Below, one piece after another: positions 1-10,855 of a DNA stretch of 64,000 nt (positions within the stretch are counted from its first letter, which is position 1; the number at the start of each line of letters is the position of its first letter). Source of the DNA: Balamuthia mandrillaris (Eukaryota). The DNA is taken from NCBI GenBank assembly GCA_031835245.2, contig JAVKOQ020000005.1, positions 1 to 64,000 on the forward strand. The letters are read 5' to 3'. The translations under genes were made by a program, and so were the position numbers. Under the pieces are notes generated by a model, which searched no databases, had not been told where the DNA came from, and saw only the letters and a program-made list of their open reading frames with translations.

Positions 1-522
1 TTTATTTACTGGCTAAACAAGCATCTGCTGTGCAAGCATGGTTTGGATTTGCGAGAGTTTCACAACTGGCGCTTGACAGACAAACAAAAACAAACATCAT
101 TATGGGGATGGTCACGCGATACTTTGAATGCCAAGCTGCAAGACCGCGCTGTTCGGGCTGGTTATCCTGAAGGGTTATTCTCCTTTCACTCCTTACGTGC
201 TGGCTTCCTTTGCACTGCCTTGATCTTGGAGGGACTGCAGGAAGGGCATAGTCAGAACAATGTACTGGATACCACTGCCCTTATTGCAGGTTGGGTACCT
301 CGTGGTAGATCTCAGCAAGTCTACGTCAAGGATACATTAAAACGTGCTATTGTGGCCAATCGCTTGGTTAGCAATGTTACCACCCTTCATCCTTCATCTT
401 CTTTTTCTTCTTCTTCTTCTTCTTCTTCTGCTGCTGCTGCTGATCATCATTCTCTGAGGCCTCGACATTGTGGTTTGTTATTCATCTGATTTTTTGTTTT
501 TCTTTTGTTTTTTCTTTGGCTA

Positions 523-585
<63 letters not shown>

Positions 586-2080
586 TCTATAAACCACCTG
601 TGCTTACTTTTTCTCTTTGTGGTTTTTTTTATCCTCACTCCCTTGCAGTGATTGCTCCAGAGCTAGTTACCAAAGAAGCATTTCACAATCTATCCCCAGA
701 GGCTTTACAACAATCCAAGTGGTCTGCAGATACCAACTATCAGAGTTTTATCCATGCTGTTCGCCAACGGTTTGTTTGTTTGTTTGTTTGTTTGTTTGTT
801 TTTTTTTTTGTTGGCCTTTGCTTGTTGTTGTTTGTTTGTTGGTTTGTTTGTTTGCTGGTTTGTTTTGTGTTGGATGGTATCTACCACTATCTATCAATCT
901 ATTCAGTCATGGCTTGTTTGTTTGTTTGCTTGCTTGCTTGCATTCAAAAATGCACCTTTAGACTCAGCGCTCAGCTCGAACGCAGAGGTTTATTGTAACA
1001 GCAACAACATTCATGGTCTAAACAATAATTGTTTTGATGGATTGGTGTTGGTCTATTTGTTCTTCTTTTAACATTGCATCATTTATTCACACTTTGTTTT
1101 TTTGTCTCTTTTTCTCTCTTTCTTTCTCATTCTTTCTTTTTCTCTTTTTCTCTTTTTCTTTCTTTTTCTTTCTTTTACACTGCTTCTTTAGTTTCATGAA
1201 ACGAACAGATTTACCAACCAAAGATCAACAAATACGATTTTATCGCTCCTTGTGGCTTGAATGTTGTACTGCTTGGGTAGACAATCATTCAGATGAGTTT
1301 GACAAGGATGTGTTAGCTGAAGCTGCAGCAACTTATGAGGCCAAAAACAAATCTCCTCTTCGTTGGCCCAATATTCATCGTCAGCTTTGCCGTCAACATA
1401 TCTCTGGCATTCTACAAGGTTTTTTCAGTGGCTTGAATGAGCTGGTGGATGAGTTTGTAGCTCCTGTACTTCCCAAGTTGGTCAACGGATCACCCATTCA
1501 CAAAGCATTCCTCACCTCTCGTCGTCAAGAGCAGCCATTCTTACCTACTTCTCCTAATGATGTTCTGAAAAAAAACGATGATAACGCTGATGATGATGAT
1601 GAAAGGAATCATAACTCAAAAGAAAAAACACCACCACGACAACGAGTTCGCAGAGCACTTCAGCAGCGACAACAAATGTTATCCAATCGACTCAAATATC
1701 AGAAGAATGGTCATCGACAACGGATTGCTTGGCAGACACCAGAAATCCGTAGACTTGTCACTTGGCGCTTGCGTGATGGATGGTCTTGGTTGGAGATTGC
1801 CAAACACTTGCCTACCCAACGCCGAACCAACAATGATTGCTATGACAAATGGCGCAATCTCCTCACAGAATTCTTCAACAATCTCGATGCTTTAAAAGAC
1901 AAATACTTGGTGGCCCATGATGAGGACTTTGACACACCGGATGACAACCATGCTTCCCTCCCATCATCTCCTACTTCTACTACTACCACTACAGTCATAT
2001 CCATCTTGGATGAAGAGGAAGAAACAAAGGAGAATGATGATGATGATGATGATGATGATATTATGATTATATCCAGTTAG
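1..2080 (+). mobile_element. Spliced tyrosine recombinase (lambda-integrase superfamily) gene with C-terminal Myb/SANT domain; Crypton-like DNA transposon candidate, 5' end outside window
   Basis: Frame is open from base 1. It carries FSFHSLRAGF (HxxR, 187-198), AGW (289-294) and QVY (candidate catalytic Tyr 322-324) in tyrosine-recombinase order. Phase-compatible GT-AG introns (~473-647, ~769-961, ~994-1191) join it to ORF 1034-2080, which has a Myb repeat WQTPE..GWSWLEIAKHL..RTNNDCYDKWRNL (~1730-1861). Confidence 0.7.
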
Positions 2081-2144
2081 ATTATATATATTCCTATGAG
2101 AAAATTGAAAAAATTGCTACTTTGCCCCACTTTATCCGTTGGAC

Positions 2145-2552
2145 TTATAGACTTAGAGTTTTATAGAATGGACCATGGGGAGTTGAATGCTGTAGGTTCT
2201 GAGTACCCGCCCCTAACCCTAACCTTGTTGTGATGTCCAATTGTGAAGCATCTTGTCGTCTTCTTTTCTTATCTTTCTCTTCTTTTATCAATTGTCGTAT
2301 TTCTGGTATTCGTTTTTTCAGTTGCTTCCAATTAATGCCATAAAAATGTTTGCGATGTCCTCTCTTTGTTTTCTGTTCAACAATCAGTAGTTGTCGTAAT
2401 AACTCATAGTTTGAATAACAAGCTGGATAAGAAGCACTAATTGCAGCAGTTTGTTCTGCTAACAAAGCTTCTCGAAGTGATGAAGAAGAAGAAGATGATG
2501 ATGATGATGAAAAAGAAGAAGATGAGATAATACTGTTTTTTGGTTGTTGCAT
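2145..2552 (-). CDS. Small basic hypothetical protein convergent with the recombinase gene; possible accessory ORF of the element
   Basis: ORF with ATG at 2552 (MQQPKNS...) and a helical Lys/Arg-rich core in AT-rich DNA; no recognisable domain. Confidence 0.3.
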   Translation of the reverse strand: MQQPKNSIISSSSFSSSSSSSSSSSLREALLAEQTAAISASYPACYSNYELLRQLLIVEQKTKRGHRKHFYGINWKQLKKRIPEIRQLIKEEKDKKRRRQDASQLDITTRLGLGAGTQNLQHSTPHGPFYKTLSL

Positions 2553-2974
2553 GCCTAGGTGTTGTATATTAGTAAGAAATAACAATTATGATAAGAACAA
2601 CACTGTAGCAACAAACCGTTTAAAAAAAGATGGATGTTCAAGCTCAAAATCAGCACCACAAGATTAAAAAGCTCCCTGACGTGTTGTTCTTTCTTCTTTC
2701 TTTTTGTATTTCACGAAATTGAGTAGTATTTGTGCAAAATTTGTGCACAAAATGGTTTTATTACTTTATTTAATCAACAATATTCTAACTCTGTTACATT
2801 TTGTTAAAAGCAAACATATAATATATCTTCTTGTAGCCCTTGAGTTGCTCTTTAAGAAGATACTAATGTTTTTTTGTAAAACTTAAGTATAAGCCCAAAA
2901 ACGCGCATAGAACCTTTAACCCTAACCTAAAGAGGAGTTCAAGCAGCATTACAATGAACAATGTCCCAACTCCA

Positions 2975-4105
2975 TCAATGATAGAGTCTTGTGCTGTCTT
3001 CTTCATCACCCTCTTCATCTTTGTTATCTTGGTCACTCTGACTATTTGTGCTGCTGTTGCTGTCATCATGTGAGGTTGAAGCTTGGCTGCTAGAATCATC
3101 TGGCATAATGTAGTACACAGCACCAGAGTTTGGGTTGTAGATGGCGATGAAACTAGTAGATGGAAAACTATTGGTGATGTCACTTTCAATATGGAATGAA
3201 ATAGAGATGTTGCCCAAAGCTTCCTCTGTTACAAGACTAAAGTTGAATTGAGTGATTTCTGTGGTGCTAACATCTTCGATGGTACATGTTACTTCCTTGG
3301 TGGCTGATTGTTCTACATGTTCCTCACATGGAAGCGAAGAGGAGGAATGCAAAGAAGCACCACCATCCATTCATAAGAAGCGAAGCCTACAAATAACACC
3401 ATGAGTCCAAGAAGGACCAGCACTTTTCATCTAAACCCCAAACTTAAGGTCTGTTCCTCCTTCACTTGCCTGTTCATTGTAGCATATATTGAATGGAGAA
3501 CAGAAAGAATCACATTAGCACAGTGGTAAGAGTGTTGTTTTGAACATAAACATACACTGCTGCTCTCGGCACGTAGAGCGGCAGGTCCGCCCCTTTTGGT
3601 GTCGTTTAAGAGTTCAACATTGAACGAAAGGATGGCACCAGGCGTGATGCTAGACGGAAACGAAGAGAAGGTTGTTGCCAGGCTGAACTGCGGAGCGGCG
3701 TTGACGGCCAGCTCTACAGCTGGTGCGAGCGTGGTCTCGTGCAGCGTTACCAGCACCTCGGGTCCTTGCAGAGGTTTAAACTCAGCGGGAAGAGAGTAGC
3801 TCTGCCTGCTGGTGACCAGCAATTGAGGTTCCCTCTGGCAAAGGTTTGTGATAAATGCATGTGGTGCTGTTGCATTTGAAATACTCTGGAGGAATGAGCT
3901 CTGAACTGCAGGACAGATCTAAATCGATCGTGATACAACGTTAAACGTCACCGTGTAAGAGAGGGTGAAGGTTTGGCCGGGCACCACCGCTGGAGAGACC
4001 AGAGCATCGGTAATGGCGCCGCAGTTGCCCTGCCGAACATGGACGCCCAACAACAAAGCCAAAGCAAGCAGCAGCAGCAGTTGCCCTAGTTCTTCGATTT
4101 CAATT
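2975..4105 (-). pseudogene. Probably degraded gene for a secreted/surface beta-rich protein
   Basis: Signal-peptide-like LLLLLALALLLGVHVRQGNC near 4030-4085, then beta-strand-like segments (GQTFTLSYTVTFNV; PGAILSFNVEL) broken by stops and frame changes (ORF pieces 3427-3822, 2975-3370). No typical CT-rich introns explain the breaks. Confidence 0.4.
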
Positions 4106-4368
4106 CTCCTTGTTTATTGTTTTGTTTTGTTTTTTTTTTTTTGTTTTTTTTTTGGTGGATTTTCCATTTTCTTTTTCTCTTTCTTTCTCTAAAAAAAAAT
4201 GAGTTGCGAGGAGTCGGGTTTGAACCGAAGCAAAGAAAAATCTGGGCCGTGTCGACGTGTGACGCGACAAGCAGCACATAGCCAAGTCACTTTTGGCCCA
4301 AATTTTTGTTTGTAAGATCTTCCATCTTTCTCTTTTGTCTTCTATTCCCTTGCCGTTTTGTGTGTGCG

Positions 4369-4418
<50 letters not shown>

Positions 4419-4508
4419 GTTGTTTTGGGAGGATTACAGATTGCGAAGGGGGGGAGGAGGAGGGATAGAGCAAACCGCTTTTTTAAACAAAAGAGAAAAG
4501 GAGCACCA

Positions 4509-6587
4509 ATGTCAGCCCCGATCGACGCGAAAGAGGGGGAGGAGCACAACACACAGCACTCGCACCGATGGTGCAACAACGGTGAGAAAGGAGGAGCTGT
4601 GCGGGACGGTCTAAACGGGAGGGGCTTCCATACCCTACGCGCCGAGGATGTAACGCTGGTCAGCCTCCTCTCCGACAGCACCAACTCCTTTGGGGACGTC
4701 TGGAAAGCCACCATACACATGAAGCCCGTTGCCGTGAAGATCCCTCGCATTGGTCCCAACGGCTTGACCCAGCAAGAGCTGAGCAACTGGATCACAGAGA
4801 TGGAGGTCATGAGGTGAGCGAACAACATATTGTTTTTTTTTTAACTTCTTTCTTTCTTTCTTGCTCCTCTTCTTTTCTCTTTTCATCGTTTCTCTTTCTC
4901 TTTCTTCCTTTTGAGAAGCGGTTGGTGTTGTGGTTGTTGTCGTTCGTGTTTGTTGTGTGCACTGCTTACTTTTTTATTACGATCATAGTCGCAACTATCA
5001 TCCCAACATATTGCTTTACATGGGCACTTGCGTCAAGAACGACAATCTGATGATAGTGATGGAGCTGTTGGACTCTGACCTGCATAAGCTGTTGCATGAG
5101 TCAAAGGTTGCCCTTTCTCTGTTTGAGAGGGTGAAGATGTGCAAGGACGTTGCTCTCGGCATGAATTGGTTGCATATGACAGAACCTACCATTATACACA
5201 GGTTTTACTCCTCTCCTATCTTCTCTCTTCCTCTCCTATCTTGCAATATCTTGGACTCACTTTCAACCTTCCTTCTCGTTTCTCATTTCTCGTTTTCGCT
5301 GGTTGACCGAGCAGAGATTTAAAGACATCCAACTTACTGGTAGGTCTTTTCTCGTCTTTGAGACCACCCACTTTGTCTAACTTCATGAACGCAAAACCTC
5401 TTTCCCTGCACATTGCTCCATCAGGTTGAAAAGATAGACAGTCGGTATAAAGTCAAAATTGCAGGTACGTTATTGCAATGAGGAAGCTATTTAACATTAC
5501 TTTTGCTCATTCGTATCTCTGTTCTTGCATTCTATGCATGACATCGTAGATTTTGGAGTTGCATTGATAAAAGGCAAAGAAGCCAAGATAAGCGAGCAAG
5601 ATAGTCCATTCTTGGGTACCATTCTTACCACCGCTCCAGAGGTATGATGCTTTAGCCTTCACATGAATTTGTTTTATGGTTTTCATTCATGTTTTGACTG
5701 TTATGCCCTCGTTGTTGCATATGTAGATCTTGACGGGAGAGGGAACGTACAACGAGAAGACAGACGTTTATTCTTTTGGTCTAATCCTATGGTACTTCAT
5801 GTCTTATTTCTTTCGTGGCTTTTTTTTTTTTGAAAAGTTAGCTTATCATAATCATTTAAAAGGGAAATAACAACACGACAAAGGCTGTTTCCAGAGTTTT
5901 TACAATCAGGCTCTCTCTCAGCTTTCATTGCGGCCGTTTGTAACTCAGCCTATCGCCCTCCTATCCCCAACAACTGTAATTCCCGTTTGCGAGTGCTGAT
6001 AGAACAGTGTTGGCACTCTGAACCTTCACTTCGCCCCAACTTTACATACATCAACGAGGAGCTGGATCGTATACTCATCGAGTCTGCTATTCGTGATCCT
6101 CACGGCAAAGCTTTTTGGACAAAACACTTTCTGAAAAAGGTTTTTATTGTTTAACTGTTTTTTGGGACGTTACATCTATTTTTAACTTCATTTATTTCTC
6201 GTTCTTTTTTACTGGTGGTGATCATTTGCTTTTCAGGAATATGTATCATGGGAAGATTTTTCTGTCGCTTTTTATGACTTCCTTCGAGTGAAGCTGCCAC
6301 AAGAAGATCCATACGTGAGCGACTGCCGCACTGATGTTGTACCTTATATTATGCTGGATACTTTTGATGATCCTCCTCAACAACACTCACAACCACAAAA
6401 CGAGGCTAATTCAACCGTTAACACGTATTCAACACAGCAAGCAAACGCTCTTACACCTGCAGAACTGCTGCAGGATGCGAAACACCGGCCATACCTTTTG
6501 CTAAGATGTCTTTACCGGCTGCTAAGTATGTTTTGTGGTTGTGGTTTTTATCGGTGTACTTGTTGTTGCGGTGGTAGTTAACCGCCT

Positions 6588-6623
<36 letters not shown>

Positions 6624-7480
6624 TTGCTTCTCTTTGTATTTCTTTTATATTTGCTATCGCTCCAGCGGACCAAGCAATGATGGAGGGAGAGCCTGGATTA
6701 CCTCTTGTTTCTGTCGTACGGTTCGGCCAAGTGTTGGATTGGTTCGGCCCCATTCGCTATCGGCGTAGAGGCTCTCCTTCTTGTGATCTCTTAGACATGG
6801 TACTTGACCTTCTTGCCTTTGTCGCTTATGTAAACATCTTTCTCCAATTCATCAGACTGATCTTATCTCCTCTTCTTTTCACTCTTCTTTCTGTTTTTTG
6901 TCTTTGTGTGTAGATTGCGGAAGTATTAAGCCAAGAATGGTTCCACGGGGACATCACAGCACCAGCAGCGCAGGATGCGCTGGCAGGCAAGCCACCCGGC
7001 ACGTTCCTCGTCCGCTTCACCACCAACGACAGCTTTCCTGGCTGCTTCACCATCACTCGGCTGTGCAGCAGCGGCTCGCCTTCTCACATTCGCATCATGC
7101 ACACCGAGAAAGGGTTCAGCGTGAGCGAAGACCTGACCTTCGAACGGCTAGGTGGTGTCGTGGATTGCCTTTGGAAGCGGTTGAACCTCGGAGAGCCGCT
7201 TTGTAACTCTCCCTATCGCTCTATCTTTGACACACCCATTCCCTCTCCTTCATCCTCGTCATCTGCTGCTTCTGGAAAACAAAATGGAAGAAAAACAAAA
7301 CAACAGCAAGCAAACGACAAGAATAACGACCGCAACAATGAAGACAACAGCAAAGAAGGTGATACAGAACGGCGAGAAAATGGGAGGAGAGAAAGCAACG
7401 AGTTGAGGATGGCTTCTCCTCGCACCTCTGCCAGGAAAGCTGAGACAACGGCGACTGCGGCAGCGGAGGGGCAAGCGTGA
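4509..7480 (+). CDS. TKL-family protein kinase with C-terminal SH2 domain (Dictyostelium Shk-like), multi-exon
   Basis: Exons give VAVK, HPNILLYMG, HR|DLKTSNLL, DFG, APE, DVYSFG and SH2 motifs WFHGDI...GTFLVRF. ATG 4509, stop 7478-7480. Confidence 0.9.
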
Positions 7481-7799
7481 GAGCAAGAATGTACGTGAGT
7501 CCCTCCAGAAGGGGCGAATTGAACCTTTCGATGCTTCAATGTGCATCGCTGTGAAGAGTGTAAACAATGAATGATGAAGGCCTCCTTAACTCGACTAGAC
7601 AACAATGGACGTGGTTCAAGTCGCATAATTTTTGATGACGTCACAGTTTTACCGATTTTCTGCCTTCGCCCAGCTGATGTCATCACTCCACCTGGATTGG
7701 GCAGGTGACCAAAACGTGTGAGGATTTGACGTTTAGAAAAAGCCAGCAAGAGGGAAACCCGTTTGGCAGCAAGCCGCCCTTCCTTCCAAGTCGTTCGTG

Positions 7800-8102
7800 A
7801 TGCCTTTGTGTCAGCCTGCTCTGGTGGATCGCGGCGGTACGAAGCTTGCTTGGAGCACAGCGCAGCAGCACGGCTGTTTCCTGATTCAACAACGGCGAGT
7901 TGGTTCGTTTGTTTCTCTCACCCTTGATGTTGGAGCGACGTCTTTCTGTTCGTGTTAACCATTCTAAGCGGCCTCTACTCTGTTTTGACAGGGAAGCCCT
8001 TTTACTTTGGGACGGATCTCTACCGCATCGTGCTTCTAACCTCAGCTACTGCTCACGAAGTTCTGCAAATCGGTTTGAAACCTCCTACTCCTTCTACTCC
8101 TT

Positions 8103-8142
<40 letters not shown>

Positions 8143-9251
8143 CTGTTGTTTGCTGATCTTTGTGTCTGTTTGAAGCTGTTTCACAAACCAAATCACAAAT
8201 CTTAAAAGACTGGGCCGCCGTTCAAGCACGGCTACTTACGGCAGGAGTGATCGACAAAGCCAACGAGTTTCCAGTGGAGAAGGCCACCACCTTCCAGAAA
8301 TTCTGGTTGCAGCATTGGCAACGCCCTTCTACATCAAAAGAAGGCTCGTGCGCGAATGACCTCCGACGGGACGACAGCAATCCTCAACTCAGAGAAGAGC
8401 TGCGTAGAATGGGAGAGGCGGCCTCGCCCTTCCCTGGCGTTCGTCTTCACCCTGATAAACCTCCTGTCGTTTTACCCTCCCACTCCCTTACAGATTTGGT
8501 TTGCTCTTCTCTTGTTCCTCTTCTCTGCTTCTCCGCTCCTCCCGTTGTCTCCTCTCTCTACCCCTCCATCCCAACACTTGTTTTGTTCAACAAACTGTAG
8601 CATAACCAAGAAGAAAATGCCTCGCCTGGATGTCCACTTGCAGCCTTTTCTCGGTTGCACGCACTCTTTGCACCTACTGGACTGTCTGCCTCTGTAAAAC
8701 AAGAAGAATTGCAAAGGTATAACCAAAGTATTGAAGAGAATCTTGCTCAGCTAGATTGCCTTTCACCTTTGGAGGAACATCCTGGTTCGTCCCTAACGTT
8801 GTTTTCTGCGTTTGCTCTTACTTTGTACAGTTTTTATTTTGTGTTTTGGAGTGTGTGCATTTTCTGTGTTTATCTTTTCTCACTGCGTTCATTCTGTTAT
8901 CTCCATTGAACAGAAATATCGGTGGTTAAGCAGTTGCTGGTATTATCTCAAGCATGTTTACACACAGCAAATATTGTACTTGTAGACTACGTCAGGGACA
9001 GCATCGAACGAGAAAATAAAATGCAAGAAGGCCTAAAGGAAAAGCGAGAAAAGCAGATAGCACGACTATCCTCTTCTACGCCATCACAAGACGCCGTTAC
9101 TTCTCCGTTGCCCTTGACAGACGAGGAGTTGAGCAGGCAGCCTCCTGACATCCAAACACTAGTAGCATGTGCCTCAACGTTGTTAGTTGCTCAAGAAACG
9201 AGCTCAAAGGTACTATTCCCCCTCTCCTCTCTCTCTCTCTCTCTTCTCTCT

Positions 9252-9305
<54 letters not shown>

Positions 9306-9635
9306 AACCTGGCCTCTCGGAAACATTGATGCATCTTTGATTAAAAGGTACGGGAACTTATGTTAGATGAGCTGCAAAGATGTACTGCCTCATTTGCAGC
9401 ACAGCAACAGCCATTGCAACAGCCTCGAAAACAGTCAATAGCATCATCATCATCACTACTAGCACCATCAACCGCCGCTTCTGCTTCGGTTCGGCCAGAA
9501 AAGAAAAAGTCACCAAAAAGCGACTACGAGGAATGGCTCGAATTGCTTCGTGGTCAACAATCTCCGGTGGCAGCAGCAGGCAGAGAACAAAAGGAGAAGG
9601 GCAAAGAAAGAGGCAACAATGATTGGTGGCTGTAG
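7800..9635 (+). CDS. Hypothetical multi-exon protein, largely helical
   Basis: Coding-like blocks (e.g. ~8175-8425, 8914-9208, 9348-9635) separated by CT-rich GT-AG introns. Start uncertain; no domain recognised. Confidence 0.55.
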
Positions 9636-9840
9636 TAGACCATCACCGCCACCAAGTTTGCCTTTTTTTGTTTGTTTTGCTTTTGCTGAGGCTGGATAGA
9701 GATATTCCTATCCTTGTGTCTGCTCTGGATGCTGCTGAAGCGACGATGCCGCCTGTACCTTTTGTATATTTTGTTTTGGTTTGTGTTCACTTCATTCATC
9801 GTGTTCAATCGATTTCCCTTGTGCTTTCTCGTCTCCCTCT

Positions 9841-9882
<42 letters not shown>

Positions 9883-9916
9883 GCGAAAGGGATCGGAACA
9901 AGAAGAGGGGAAGGTT

Positions 9917-10516
9917 TCAATCTGTTTCTTCTTCGTCGGGTTGCAAGTAGGAGTGCACAAACGTGCCAACAAAAAGCGTAGCGGAGGAGGCGCCAACGGC
10001 ATAGGCCACCCTTCCCGTGAGTTCTTTTCTGAGGAGCATGGCCGTGATGATCGGGGTGAGCGGGACCAACGCTCCGAGACCCACGCCCACCGCAGCGTGT
10101 CTGCCTTCCGGCAAGCCTGCCACAGTGTCAGCGAGAGCGTTTCCGATGCCCGCTCCCATGATCGCGCCATAGCCCTGCCGCGCTTGGTCAGTGGTACGCA
10201 CTGACAGATTGAATGGATATTCGGTGACGGATGAAAGAAAGAAAGGAGAACGGGGATTTATACCTTGGCGCCGATCCTTCTTGCGATGAGAGAGTCCAAA
10301 CTGAAACCGGCAAGGATGGAAAGCATGAGGAGAGAAGAGTCCACAACGCCGAACTGGAGGAACCGCCGAAAGTTGGGGTGGGTCGTAAAGCTTTAACAAC
10401 AGTTAGCCCCACCAAACAAACCACACTTTTCGCGCTCTCACTTAGGCAGCGTTATGAACATACCCAGGTCGTTCTTTTTGGTGTTGCGTCCCTTCTTCCC
10501 CTTGCTTTGCGGACAT
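9917..10516 (-). CDS. Small multi-pass membrane protein, weakly TMEM65/VIT1-CCC1-like
   Basis: Three exons: MSAKQGEEG..., FLQFGVVDSSLLMLSILAGFSLD..., GYGAIMGAGIGNALADTVAG...; Gly-rich TM helices. The family call rests on motif resemblance only. Confidence 0.6.
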
Positions 10517-10855
10517 TGTTCAACGTCGTCTTCTTTGCCTTCGCCTCTCCGGCCTGCTGCTTCCTTGCTTGCTGTGTTTTCTTTCTTTTCTTCCTCTATT
10601 TTTTACGTGACCCCTCGGTTAGGATATATTCGTGTCGTCATGACCCATACAGGCGCAGTGCTGGAAGATGCATTCCCGCCAGGATAAATAAAGAAAGAAG
10701 ACGGCCAAGGAGTAGTACCCTGTGGTCGCTGCGGGCATATGCCCGTCAACACCACATGGAAGAGTCGTGAAGCCCAAGCCTCACCAGGGGGGAGGAGAAG
10801 CGACATTGGGGCCTACCCCTGCATATGGGCCTTTATGTTTGCAAAATATGCAAGT

